Positions 47,966 through 60,585 of a stretch of 64,000 nt of DNA are shown here, piece by piece (position 1 is the first letter of the stretch; every line of letters starts with the position of its first letter). The position numbers and the translations under genes are program-made. The notes beneath the pieces are model-generated. The model saw only the letters and a program-made list of their open reading frames with translations, did no database searches and was not told the DNA's origin. The DNA comes from Anthoceros angustus (lineage: Eukaryota; Plantae; Anthocerotophyta): contig VJWM01000106.1 in NCBI GenBank assembly GCA_010909165.1, forward strand, positions 496,001 to 560,000, written 5' to 3'.

Positions 47966-50040
47966 TCAGCTTGGGATTCTGTTGAGTTGGTTCAGGAGCA
48001 TGTCCAGAGTGGTCACCACATTGGATGGGTCTGCAAAGTTCCCTTGCACGACAATGGGTTCATACGGTAATCCCATCCATCCAGCAATATATGCATAATG
48101 AGGGCGTGCAAAGAGTGGACTGAAAAGCTCGAGAATAACAGTCCCGGGCCTAGCAAATATAATGTGTGTCATACCAGCCCCGTGGGCTCCGAGTATGATA
48201 TCAGCATTTTGCACCTTCTGCACTTGATCTCGTAAGCTCATGTGGGCAAAGAAACCATTTATAATGCTCACATTTTGAGCTAAAGCTTCTTCAACTTTCC
48301 TACTCTCTGTCCGCCCGATAGTGTGTCCAGCGGCCGTTCCTATCTGCACAAGTTCAGACCTCGCAGCAGCCCATTTCACCAGAGCATCATACACTTCTTC
48401 CTCATTGCTCACCCTGGACTCCGGTTTCCCACTGTGTCTGGGGTGGGCAAGGTAAGCTTCTCGCCTTATAAAAAGGACTTGAATAGTCTTCTTCCCCTCG
48501 CTAGCATTCCCTCGTGCAACATCAGCATTTTCAGACTTAGCATCCATTGCAGTGACAAAAAACTCCCCAAACTCCCGCAGTCTACTGGTGAAAGCCTCAG
48601 GTTCAGGTTTTGACTGGCACTCTTGGAGTGAGCATCCCCGGCAAGGAAGCCCAGTCTCCAAACCCTTGAAAAGAGCAGTCTCGTATCCTAACGGCACAAA
48701 AATGGCCTTGTCAAAGCAAAGCGTGCCACCGTGGTGCATGGCATATGAGACATCGCTGAACATTGCCTCCCATCCGTCATCAAAGGGTGACTGAAAATCA
48801 CGCACAAGCAGAACGGAATCAGAATCCTCTTCGGCTAGTAAGCTGCTCACAATACCTTGAGCGTTCCAAAAGTTCAAAAGGTAGTAGCCCTAACGCCTCA
48901 AAATCTGCAGAGCAACATGACCCTACCTTGCAATGCCCGTCGAGCAGTATCAACCTTGGACGCTGCTTGAGACGAGCTACCCTCGATGCCACATACGCAC
49001 TATACCAATCCGTCACAGTGTGAAAAAGATTAGCATATTCAAAACGCGTCACGAAAAGAGTTGGCTCTGTAATTCTCTGCATCCACGACAAGTCCACAAA
49101 AACCACAATCAGCTCCCGCAAGACAACATCTCCAGGTCCTTCACAGTACCGTCTGTCCTCACACACCAGCAACACCATCATGGCGGCCTGAGCAACGGCA
49201 CTACACCTTGGTACAGCGCACTCCGGCTGGATCAAGTGTTCGCATGGACTCGAACAGCGCCCTCATGGTGTGAAAATTTATCTGGCCTCGCGGCATGACT
49301 CCGTCAAGAACCTGACCACTCGTCACTCTGATGTCGGCAGCCGTGCAGTTAGTAACAACCGAAAAAGCGCCATCATAAAAAACGGGAAGCTCCTCCTCAT
49401 CAGACCTCCCCATGACAGCTTCCACAACCTCTCCACCTCTGGACATCTTCAACTTGTCCACATTCATGACAATGCCAGTCCCCTCACAAACAGACGTCCG
49501 CAAGGTCTCGCTGTAAGCGCAAGTCAGGGATCCATCCGGCAGCATCGGGTCACTCGGCCGTTCTAGCTCCCCGCTCCTCAACTCCTGCTTCAGCTTCCGC
49601 CACCGTGCCTTGACAGAACCTCCTTCAAACTCCTCCTGCCCTTTGGAATCCACGTCCACACTCACGCCGGCTGCAGCGTCCTGGGGCTCCTTCTGCAGCC
49701 GGCTCTCTTCCGCCGATTCCGACCCTGCCAAATCCAACCCGGAGGCGGCAGGGCCTGCAAGCTTCTGCTCACCTCCAAGGCGCCGGAGCAGGTTGTACGG
49801 CGTAGTGAAGCCATTCCCGAAATAATATTCGCAGGCCTCCCTTCCCAGGCCATGCGTGGGAAGCCAGGCGCTGTGAGAGGGAAGTTCGGGCCATGGTTTG
49901 GAAATGTCCGGAGGCTTGTTGACAGGCGCATGCTTCACCAGTTCTCCAGGCGCAGCCGGCGTCGACGCGAAGAAGATGAGATGGATAACATTGAGCAGGA
50001 GCACAACAAGCACAAGCTGTGCTACGCAATTCCGCCTCAT
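47966..50040 (-). CDS. XYLT: Beta-1,2-xylosyltransferase (GT61, Golgi type II membrane protein), 3 exons
   Basis: N-terminal TM helix; KPWPELPS, CEYYFGNGFT, SETLRTSVCEG, MGRSDEEELP; TLFVTRFEYANLFHTVTDWYSAY, DGHCK; FDKAIFVPLGYETALFKGL, RREAYLAHPRHSGKPESRVSNE, IILGAHGAGMTH. Confidence 0.93.
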
Positions 50041-51378
50041 ACGTTCCCTTCGACGCTAGTTTCAGCCTCACTTCCTCTCCAGTCTGCGACAGTGCCAAGC
50101 GCCTATTTCTGGAAGCAAAATAAATGCGACACTCGAAAACGCGCGGCCGAAAGCGAGAAGGAGGACGGAGCAAAGCAGGTGATGTTGAACTGCCGGAATG
50201 GATCTGACACACACAATGGATCTGACACACCCCGGAAGCCAGCGAATAAACGAATTTCAACTTCCTTCATGCATAGAGGTGTGTATGTATACGAATGGTC
50301 TGTCCTGCTACAACGAACATATGTATACCAACCCATTCTCACGCGATGATCAAGTTTTCTCTTGCAGCAACAATTAGCAACTTCACATTCTAGTGAGCAT
50401 ACCTGAAAACCGAATTTCCTTTCCCGTTCTTTCCTTCCGTCTTAGTGTTTCCTGCGCAGGGGATTCCCAAACTTCATGTGGAAAGAATGCGGAATTAGAT
50501 TAGTGTTACTCCTATGGAATCATTATTTTTGGCTCTTGTACACATAGATGCCCGGCATCTTCCATATTCCATGGTATTATACATACCACACCAGCAGAAA
50601 CGTTGTTATGACACAACTTGGCCCACAAGTGTTCGGATCCTGTCATCCACTTTTTTTGTCTGGCGTTCAGGGATTTTATTGGGTGCAAGGCACATACACT
50701 CACTTGTTTTATGCACATGCTAGCTATGGAAATGTATGGGCCCCGCTCAAAGGCCCTGTTCATCTTTGCTCCCGTCCATGTTCATTTTGTTTCCAAGACA
50801 TGGGGATTGTGGTGACTGTTGTTGCATGGTGCTGTAGGTGCCCATGAAGGGGGGCAGTTCAACAATCGACTTGGAGGCGGCTGAGGTTATGTTCATCACT
50901 TATTGGAGGTCTCAAGCCTGTTGTAGGACTATTGGCACCTAAGATTTGGCTTTTGTTGTGTTCTGTGTGGGTTGGACAAGGCAGAAGCAGCATTATAGAG
51001 CAAGCTTGATGCTCTAGCGAATGAGGCCCTAACCTGCACCAAACCCTAATCCCAACTCACAAAAACCAAAAAAATGTTGTATAAAAATCCGTGGTGTACC
51101 GATGACGAGAATAGTATTCCATACACTCCTTACCCATATATCCACATACATTAAACTCCAAACGAATTTCCATGGTAAAGTTTCCGTACCTAGTTTCCTA
51201 CTTTGGGAATGGTTATACAGTCAAACTTCACCAATTGGTCCGATGAGCACAGTTGTGACTTGCTGAGTTGTGGTCACGAGCTTTTTACCGACAGAACAGC
51301 TCAAATTGAAGGCCTACTTACATTGGCTTTGCCAACAGTTCCATCCAGTCCGTAGTTACCGAAAGAACCCAAAAAAGG

Positions 51379-51443
51379 GAAATGGAGCTCCGTCCGTGAT
51401 AAGTAGGCAACCCACCTACTTATGACGGATGAAGCTCTGTTTC
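51379..51443. other. Intergenic 29-bp hairpin with a 7-nt loop
   Basis: gaaatggagctccgtccgtgataagtagg-caaccca-cctacttatgacggatgaagctctgtttc pairs with 24 Watson-Crick pairs, 3 G:U pairs and 2 mismatches. Confidence 0.8.
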
Positions 51444-51829
51444 TATCAGCTCGTTTTTTACGTAAGGGCCTGACATGCAAGCCCATAGGTGCCTATTTGC
51501 GCACCCGGGATGAATCCTGGGTGCATGTGACCACTGGCCTACCTTGCTCCGCTTTTGCAATCCATCTTGTTGTGCAGCACAGTGCTCACACCCTACCCAA
51601 TCTTGAGACCGCGGTGCTCACCTATCCAATCTGTTTGAGATCCTGCCCAACAAGTTCAAGACGGATCTTTTTGCCCAAAATGAGCAACTTCCATTTATTT
51701 CAAGTGTTCCAACACAGCAAGATTTGACTCTATCTGGGATCCCGAGACTTCAAAATCCAAAGTGGGCTGCTTGGACAAAAGAGAGCACATTTGCGGACTT
51801 TTTGGTCAAAGGCCAAGGACAAAAAACTT

Positions 51830-52470
51830 ATAAATCTTAAGGTTCGGCTCCGTTCTTGTAGTCTTCGTCGATGGTTGGAGAATGCGGTTGCAGGACAAGG
51901 CGGCCACCATACGCTATATATGCACGCACAACGGTCTCATAGCTATTCATCTGGCCAGAGCCGTTTGTGCAGGCGCACAAACGGCGATCCATACCGTTGT
52001 TCCGTGGCCTCATACCAACTCATGCATGACATCCACCCCTCCCTCTGGTTGCTGCCTCCCACCGCTGCCTGCCTTAGCCGAAGCCGGTTCTAACACAGCT
52101 GTTAGCACCCCTGCAATCCACTTGTGCCATAGCCCTTTCTTAGGAGCATAAGATAGGCAGCAATCTTTCCTACAACCACATTTGGCAGATGTGGACATTT
52201 TCGTCAGGAGCATCATTGATTGAGAAGGGGAGGGGCACGTCCTCATCACCTAGGCTGCCCTTCTCCCCCCTTTGGTGAACACATCCAGGTTGCTTCACAA
52301 ACTTTTGCATCCTAGGAGACATGGCAGAAAATGAAGACACAATCTTACACTTCTGGACAACAGGCTTTTCCTCTTCAGGCTGGAGCGCGTCCTGTGTAGG
52401 ATCCTTAGGCACTTCTGTTTCAGCTTCATCCTCCGAGGATGAGGTCAGATCAATGATGGATGCAGGAGGT
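51830..52470 (-). pseudogene. Possible decayed N-terminal part of a transposase-like ORF
   Basis: Acidic IIDLTSSSEDE segment, then CGCRKDCCLSY and SWYEATE in shifting frames. It loosely resembles the N-terminus of the GHTHxxID family. Confidence 0.3.
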
Positions 52471-54309
52471 TTCTTTCGAAAGGCTGCAGGAAGGACGAGG
52501 TCTGTGGAGGCAGAGACTCTTCATCGGCAGCAGGAATATGACTATGGGCATCAGCAGGTAGGGGCGCCCTCCTATCCTTCTTGCTTGAGCGCCCAGCAAA
52601 GCGCCCGTGGGCGTCCCTCGCCTGCAAGGACGCCCGGACGGATTGGGCGCTGGGAGGGCGTGCACGGCCTACGGCGGCGCGGCCGCGCGGCGGAGAGGGG
52701 CCGCGGGGCTCTGGACAGGGGCGCGATGGTGCCCCCACGTGGGCGCCTCCTCCCGTGGGCAGGATTGGGCGCGCCTTGCTGCGGGTGGCCATCCCTCCTG
52801 CCATCGCCATCAGACCTGCACATGTACCAACCACCAAACTTGTCAGAATCACGAGTCGCGAAGTGGAGGAAGGAGGGGTATTACCTATTATCCTTTTGAT
52901 TTTCCTTTTCGGAAATTAGGCTATTTTCTGGAATTTTCCCTATATATAAATTCCCTTAAATATAATTTAATTAGTTTTAATTCAACCTAATTACTGAAGT
53001 TGGGTTATTAGTTTCTCACCTCAGTTCTCCTTAAGTGGGAGTTATTTTAATGGTGATTATTACTTTCAGTTTTACTTTAAGTTTTACTTTATGCTTTTAA
53101 GTAAAGTTTAGTTAGGGACTAGTTTTTGCTAGACTAGTTTTCCTTGACCTCTTTTTGGTCAGAAAATCACCCCTAGTTCATAGTGAGTGGGAGTGATAAA
53201 ATAGCTTACTATTAGGGCACTCTTCACTAGGGCACCTAGGACTTAATAATTAATTTAGTCCTTAGGGCTCTAGGTAGTTTCTTTTAGTAGTTATTTTAAT
53301 TGGTTAGTTGTTACAACCACTTATTGGTTACAACAACCTTGCCTACATAAAGGCATGTACTTTCTATTATGAATGTAATGCAACACATATTGCTTGAGCT
53401 TGTGTATGATTCTCATCATACCGCAACCGGGTTACGACCCATACCGCATCCGGGTCAAGTAGGCTTGCCTTCCGAACAGACGTGCGGGTCCTAACCCATA
53501 CCACAGTCGAGTTAAGTTAATCTACCTCTGGAACGGGCGTCACACCAGGCTGAATTAATAACGCATCCCGCAGCCATTACACGGAATGTGATTGTGGGCG
53601 TTACGAACCTACCCGCTTTGCCGTAGTGGGATAAGACTCTGCAATCTATCGAATGCTGGAAGGAAACTTTCGTGCTTTCATTTCCTCCACCATCCTCCAA
53701 CTTCCGAAGATGCCCAGCAAAGATGCTGCGCGCCACTCATAGCCTGGACGACGACGATGTGAGTCATGGGGTGCTTTACTTACGAGCGTCATTGTGATCG
53801 ATGCGTTATTAGGTCCGGACATGTCCTCATTCCTGCGTGGGATTGTGCAGGCCTACACTGCAGACGGTGAGGTTCATTCCCAATATCAGAGAGAACTTCA
53901 TGAAGAGTAACGGACGAGGAGAAGAGCTGACATGAGCGCCCCACCGAAGCCTCCGCATGTTCAACCACGGGACATTGAGAGCTCCTCAAGAAGAACTGCG
54001 GTCCACGAAGGTGTGCTTACTCGCCTGCATTCTCATGCAAGTTGGAGTTGTGAATTTCATGCTTGGTTGACTTTACAAGTCTATGTCATCTTAGAGGGGC
54101 CGACTAGTGGACCTGGCCAACGTCACCGGCTATCAGCCTCCCCGACCATTCCGAGGTGTCTACCACGGACACCAAGGAATCTTAACCGTTATGCTGCCCT
54201 CGAGGGAACCCCATCCAAACAACGGGGTGAGCAAGCAGTGACCGCAAGAAACCAAGCCACTCACAAAGCTGGGATGCTATGAGGCCGAACCCAAAATAGC
54301 AGTCTCACC

Positions 54310-54900
54310 ATGCCATAAGTGCCATAGCTTGGATGGACAATGCTTTCTTGAACATGGCTGAGAGACTTCCAAATATCGAGGTCTTCAACCTCTCCGACAC
54401 ATACACGAAACTAGAAATTTGGGGTGAATATAGGCGGCATTGTCAACAAACAGTCCAGTGGTATGTGACATATGCCTGGTTCTTGAAGCTATGGAAAGGG
54501 CACTTCGAAAGGGTAAAGATTCCAAAGTCCAACAGATTCTCTACTTGCTCGCTATGCGCTGGATTGAAAACGACTATACGTAATATAATCTCAAAGGTTG
54601 ATCAAGGTAAGTACCATTCTTTTCCCTATCCCATGTGTTCCTGCTGCATACTTCAACCTCCTGTCCCCTCCCCGTATTGGCCATACATATGTCCGGAAAT
54701 CTGGAACCTCCACCAGAACCTTCATCTCTAGCGAGGGAGTATATGCCTCCCATGGAATGTCCTGTCTGGTGGCGTAAAGCTTCTTTGTGTTTCAGGCTAT
54801 TGGAAAAGCAAGAAAATATCTGGTCTATTCGATCATGAGTGTGACCAACCAAGAGGAATCCCACCTTCACTTTTTCGAACGTGCCAATTGCCATTTTCGC
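54310..54900. pseudogene. Two opposed fragments of a GHTHxxID-type DDE transposase-like protein
   Basis: Plus strand 54310-54610: AIAWMDNAFLNMAERLPN...FLKLWKGHFERVKIPKSNRFSTCSLC. Minus strand 54900-54620: FEKVKVGFLLVGHTHDRIDQIFSCFS, then after a shift AYTPSLEMKVLVEVPDFRTYV. Confidence 0.65.
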
Positions 54901-55899
54901 GTGATTCTACAGCAGTCGCACATCAGCCATGGCCATCGACGAGAGGCCCGAGCGACGTCATCGTCTGAATGAGTTGCACGATGTCGGGGACGATACACTG
55001 GGGGATTGGGTCAATGAGGACGATGAGGATGCCAACGTCTTCCAATCTAATCCACCCCTTCATGCCGAGGACGTTCTCCTCCCATGAGAGGGATTGCGTC
55101 TGATAGTGCGCATGGTCACGTACACATGAAGTTGAAGATCACTGTTCTGCAGAATCGCCTATACGAGGCCATTCACCTGGGACCAATTGATGAGGGGGGG
55201 AGGCGGTATATCAGGCGGATTGGAGCAGCAGATTGCACGTCCCGGCTTCCATGCCCGTGGGAGCCAGGTATGATGGTTCAAAGTTTGAGCCTGGGACGGT
55301 GGCGTTCGCACTCACCGACTAGGTGGTAGTCCTCTTCCGCCTTTCTCGCAACAGTCTGGGCCCGAGTTGCTTCATCGAGCGGAGTAGGTCGTTGTGGTCT
55401 TCGGCATGCTACAGCAATGCATCGAGCTCCCCGTAGCACAGAGGATGCATTGGCTTCTTGGGGTCATAAGACCTGTAAAACAGCTCAATCCACATGTTAG
55501 GATCGGGTGAGCTTGGAGGAGAGCGTGGAACCATCCTCCACTGGTGGCCCACACATGTTGAGGTTGCAGTACGGGGCTGTGGGCATCGAGGAGGAGAGGG
55601 TGGGCGGTGGCGCCATCCGCCTACAACATGATATGCTGCACACTTCACAATAGCACCACGGCCGCATGGTTGTTAGCCATCGGCAAGAAAATAAGCATCA
55701 TGCCAACAATGCATTCATGGGTTGTCTGGCCTTACTTGTGGGTGATCGTTCCCGAGAGTCCCAGTGACAATGTCCCCAAACAAAACCTAAGACAACAAAC
55801 AATTCGTCATTTCAAGTTAGCCGGCATAACCATAGTCAGCAAGAAATGGGGATGAGGTTTGTAGGTGCTCGGTGCAGGGATGGTGAGGACTATCTGGTG

Positions 55900-56495
55900 G
55901 TGCCTCGTCCGCCCGCCTTTGTGCCTCGCCCGCCTCACCACCCGCTTAGGTACCTCTCGCCGCCTGTGGCCTGGTGCCCGCCCGCCCGCCCGCCTCACCC
56001 CACCCGCCTGCAGCGGCGTGGGGTTGGCCCTTCTAGCGGGATTGCATGCCTTGCCCATTGCGGGCTGCGTGCCTCGCCTGACTGGCTCGCATGCCTTGCC
56101 CCGACTACGGGCTGCGTTGCGAACTGCGTGCCTTGCCCATTGCGGGCTGCGTGCTGCCCATTGCGCTGCGTGCCTTGCCGTGCGGGCTGTGTGCCTCGCC
56201 CGACTACAGCTGCGTGCCTCGCCCTGTCGCCCACCTAGCTTCCGCTTCAGTTAGCTCGCCCGCCTTGCCCGCCTCCGTGCCGCGCCCTTGTTCGCCCGCC
56301 CGCCTTTGTGCCTCGCCCGCCACGCTTGGGTGCCTTGCCCTCCTCGCCCTTGAGCTTAGTGCCTAGGCTTGGCTCGCCCGCCTTTGTGCCTCGCCCGCCA
56401 CGCTTGGGTGCCTTGCCCGCCTCCGTGCCGCGCCCTTGTTCGCCCGCCCGCCTTTGTGCCTCGCCCGACTACGGGCTGCGTGCCTCGCCTGGCCG
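55900..56495. repeat. GC-rich complex minisatellite (tgcctcgcccg / tgccttgccc / ttgcgggctgcg units) with a higher-order duplication of about 90 bp
   Basis: Directly visible; for example, 56262-56345 recurs at about 56375-56465. Confidence 0.9.
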
Positions 56496-57107
56496 CCACT
56501 GTTTTCCTCACCCTAGACCTTGCTCCCACCCTGCTACAAGATGAACCCTAAAAACGGCCGCGGTGGCCTGCCTAAGCCACCTGGTGCACGCCTAAAGTGG
56601 AACATAACGTCTGCCAAAAAATTTCCTTATTGCGCGCGCACGAAGAAACCACACTGGGAACAAAAAGGAAGTTTTGTTTGTGTATACCAATGGTCACGAA
56701 GTGGCCGCTTTGGTGCGTCCGCTTTAGGCTACCTCATTTCGGTCGGGTTACCAAAGTGGACAGAAGAAAGCCGTGTGCTAAATGCTTACACTTTTTAGTT
56801 ATGTAGCGCAGTCTGGGAACGCATCTGTCCGCATCTGTTTTGGGTACGATGAACAGCTTGTGTTCTTGGGGAATTCACCTGTTTTCTTTTGTTGACCGCT
56901 CCATTTGGTATCAAGAAAAGTTTCACGGGCGAAAAAAAAGCCCCGTCCCCTCTGTCCTCTTTGGTATGCCATAACCGATGTTGAAATAAAATACCGGGAG
57001 TCCAAGTTACGGAGAATGCCAAGAAATTACAGATATAAAAAATTGCGGCATCAAGTTACGAAACTGTCGACACTACAGATCCATCCGTACTTTTTGGAAG
57101 TTATGCA

Positions 57108-57196
57108 GGTTTCACGGAGATGCTGAACATAAAAGGACACGGAGATGCTGAACAAAAAAGGGACACGGAGATGCTCAACAAAAAAGGACACGGAAC
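57108..57196. repeat. Tandem repeat of about 24 bp (ggacacggagatgctgaacaaaaaa), about 3.5 copies
   Basis: Directly visible. Confidence 0.85.
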
Positions 57197-57422
57197 GGGT
57201 CATTTTCTTCTCATGGAAAGTTACCTTAGCATCCGGAGCGGCCCCTACGGAAAGAGATACAGACAGGGTGGTGGGCCCACAACCAGCCATACATGACGCA
57301 ACGCATGCAGGACGAATGCAATGGTAAAACAAAACGGGCTCAGGCTCCTTAGAGGATAGGACGCCAAAACACCCCTGGGCTCCCCACCTTGAGAACCTGC
57401 CGACGCGGGCTTGGGCTAGGGC

Positions 57423-59795
57423 CTAGCCCGCTGGTTCTGTCTCGGCGCCAGTGATTGTATTCGGGGCGTCGGCGACGAGAAGGCCTGCAAACGAGCCGGG
57501 GAGGTCTGATCCGTAGACGTGTCCCATTTTGGACCGCTTGGTTTCGAGGTACCTCTGATTCTCTATGGTGATGGGGGAGATGACCGGCACGCGGCCTGTG
57601 ACGGCGAGGCCATATCCCTTCAGGCCAACGAACTTGGAGGGGTTGTTCGTCATGAGCTTCATGGTATGCACTCCCACGTCTCTCAGAATCTGCAGCGCAC
57701 ATTCCCAAAAGAGTGTTAGCAGCAGGCGTCGCGAAGGCCGAGAGGAACATTTCGGAGCAGGACGGCTTCAGCTAGATACCTGAGCTCCTATGCCGTATTC
57801 CCGGGAATCCACGGGGAGGCCCAGCTCCACATTGGCCTCGACCGTGTCACGGCCGGCGTCTTGGAGGTTGTAGGCACGCAGTTTGTGGCCGAGGCCTATG
57901 CCTCTGCCTTCATGCCCTCGCAGGTACACAAGAACACCCCTTCCCGCCTCTTCTATCTCTGCCATAGCAACAGCAAGTTGGTTTCCACAGTCGCATCGCG
58001 CAGAACCGAAGATATCTCCTGTCAGACATTCCGAGTGCACCCTGACCAAGACTTCCAGGCCATCACCGATGTCTCCCTGCAATGAGGTTTACACGTTCGC
58101 TGCAGTCAGAGCCACGAGTCTTTGAACAGTTGAAGAGAGCCCTGAGAGACACTGACCTTCACCATTGCCACATGCTCCATACCATCCAACTTTGATTCGT
58201 AGCTATACACTTTGAACACTCCCCATTTTGTTGGCAATCGAGCAACGGCTGTCTGAATCACCAGCTTTTCACGCTTTCTCTTGTACCTGCATAAGCCGCC
58301 AAACAGTCTTGTCAACAGAGCCTTGACCATTGCCAAGCTACAGAGAGGAGGAGGCCAGCAAGTTTCGCACAAGAGAGATGAGCCCGGGCCTAACTACCTT
58401 ACAAGGTCTGCAATCGATATGAGCAGTATATCGTGCTTCTGGGCAAACTCTCGAAGCTTGGGTAATCGCATCATGGAGCCGTCCTCTGGATCCACAAGCT
58501 CACACAAGACACCAGCTGGTGGCAGACCTGCCAGGGTAGCAAGGTCCACAGCTGCCTCAGTATGCCCTGCACGCTTCAGCACCCCACCCTCCCGATACTG
58601 CAACGGGAAAATATGGCCTGGACGGCGAAAGTCGTCAGGCTTGGAATCAGGGGAAGCCAGAGCCAGGATAGTTTGTGCTCTGTCAGAGGCCGATACCCCG
58701 GTTGTTGTTCCCGTCCTAGCATCCTACCAATGACGGAAAGTGCCACATTGCTCCACATCAGTCTACAAGGGAGAGGATGACGGTTAAAACTTCTGAGCAA
58801 CATCCCTTCAAAACATTAGCTTTCCGAAGTCAGTCTACGGCCTGGGAAAAAATTACTAACCACAGTGACTGTGAATGCTGTGCGAAGAGCCTCCTCGTTC
58901 TCCTTGTCTCTGACCATCAAAGGCAGATTCAGACGGTCCAGCTGCTCAGACTTCATTCCCACACATATTATTCCAGTGCAATGCTTCACCATAAAGGCAA
59001 CAGCCTCAGGTGTCACGAGGGATGCTGCCAGAATCAAATCTCCTTCATTTTCCCTGTCTTCGTCATCCACCGCTATGACACACTGTAAAAACCACGTGTT
59101 CAGATCAAACCAGCAATTCCAAGCATCCGCCAAAATTCAACTAGCAGGAAAATCGCTTGAAAAACGCAGGCAGCCTCCCTCACCTTTCCCTGCTGAATAG
59201 CCTCCACGGCCTCAGCAACCGAGGCGAATCCAGGTGACGGCTGATCGGGATCACCATCAGTCTCACTGGAAAAAAATTCGTCCCTGTCCTGCGTTATCTC
59301 CGCAGTCAAGGTCTGAAAACCAGCAACCGGGGAATCAATGTCTTCCACGGATGCAGAAGCCTCTGGAGTAATGGTATCCAAAGAACCGTTCACGTTGCCA
59401 ATTTCGTTGATTGCCCTGCACCTAACTGCACCGGGTGCAGCGCCTCCTCGGACAACAGCTCTCAATGTCCCCCCGGGCGACAAGCTCCGAGCTCCATAAC
59501 CTGCCTGTGGAGGCAATGCGGCAGAAGCAGAGAAGGCACATAATCCATCGATTTCGCTCCTGGGAAGTGAGGAGGAGGCGAGATCCACGTTCCTTGCCGC
59601 CAGCTGGAATCCGGCCTTCCTAAAACCCTTTCTCCACCGAGCCAGCTGCCGAGGGGACCGGGTTGGAAGAGACGCTGCACAAGACAGCGACGAGGAAGGC
59701 GAGGAAGGCGAGGACGACGACGAAGAAGAGCCCAGTTCAGTCCGAGGGAGAGTCCCTGCTGCCCCCGTTGCTGCCGCCATTGCTGCGGGCACCAT
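57423..59795 (-). CDS. RIBA: Bifunctional DHBP synthase / GTP cyclohydrolase II (riboflavin biosynthesis), plastid-targeted, 6 exons
   Basis: Transit peptide; [21 protein letters not shown]|[41 protein letters not shown]; [57 protein letters not shown]. Start at 59795 or 59780. Confidence 0.96.
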
Positions 59796-59934
59796 CTTCT
59801 CCGTCACACAGCCAAGGTCCGAGGGTCCACATATGTATGAAGATTGCCCGCAGTACCTCGAGTTCTAACTTTGCTAGTTACACTAACCCAGTGTCATCCT
59901 TGTTTTCCTTTTTCACGGATACGGGGAATGGAGA

Positions 59935-60585
59935 CTTTATTATGAAAAAGAGATGGAAACAACCCATCTACCCCGAGATAAGAGGGAACAACCCGCAGAA
60001 GGGCACCAGACCATGGGAGACTAATCTCGATGTCACCGATCTTGTAGCTACCTACTATGGCAAGAATGTTAAAATCGGGGATAGGAAAGGGCCTACCTAC
60101 CACTGGTGTCGAAGACGCCGCCTCCCCTGCACTTGCGGTCGTCCAATACATTAACCAATGCCCGCTGCAGGGCGATGGACACCCGTAGCCTGTAGCTTCG
60201 ACACCGCCTCCCCTGCACTTGCGGTCGTCCAATACGTTAACCAACGCCCGCTGCAGGGCGATGGACACTCGTTGCCTGTAGAAAGCCACGATACATGAAA
60301 GAGAGAGGTCAACCCCACTCCTGCAACTGTGGCACTCTCAGGCACATGCCATAAGGAACCTAGAGAAGGCCTTGCCCATGGCTTCATGGGTCTTGATGGC
60401 CACGGGATGAAGGCATGCCCTTGCTGCATAGGAGAGTACTCACGAGCCTTCACTATGGCCCATCCCTCCGCCGCCCATCCCGGAGGGTTGAGGATCACGT
60501 GCTCACTGACGGTATCCCGGGCAGGGTCAGTTACAACCATATTTGCGACCGAAACCTGGTCCCCCTGGACCAAACATAGGTCCGC
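59935..60585 (-). mobile_element. 5'-truncated non-LTR retrotransposon with a restriction-like endonuclease (RLE) C-terminus (copy 4, longest); internal duplication of about 90 bp
   Basis: DLCLVQGDQVSVANMVVTDP...GWAAEGWAIVKAREY...AFIP/VAIKTHEAMGKAFSRFL...AFYRQRVSIALQRAL matches the RLE pattern DL..D.xVxxP..AA..K..KY..F.P.A.E..G..QRxSIALQR. The 3' end is ...ctttttcataataaa. Confidence 0.75.

Noticed and set aside
51379-51443. miR159/319 family precursor
   Set aside because: Only GGAGCTCC is shared; the mature UUGGACUGAAGG sequence is absent and the stem is too short.
52321-53420. ORFs and a solo LTR
   Set aside because: The ORFs are GC-driven with no motifs. An LTR-like TATA and AT-rich tract is present, but TG...CA ends, TSD, PBS and a partner LTR could not be established.
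55846-56551. Pro/Cys/Arg-rich proteins in the ORF track
   Set aside because: These are translation artefacts of the GC-rich minisatellite.
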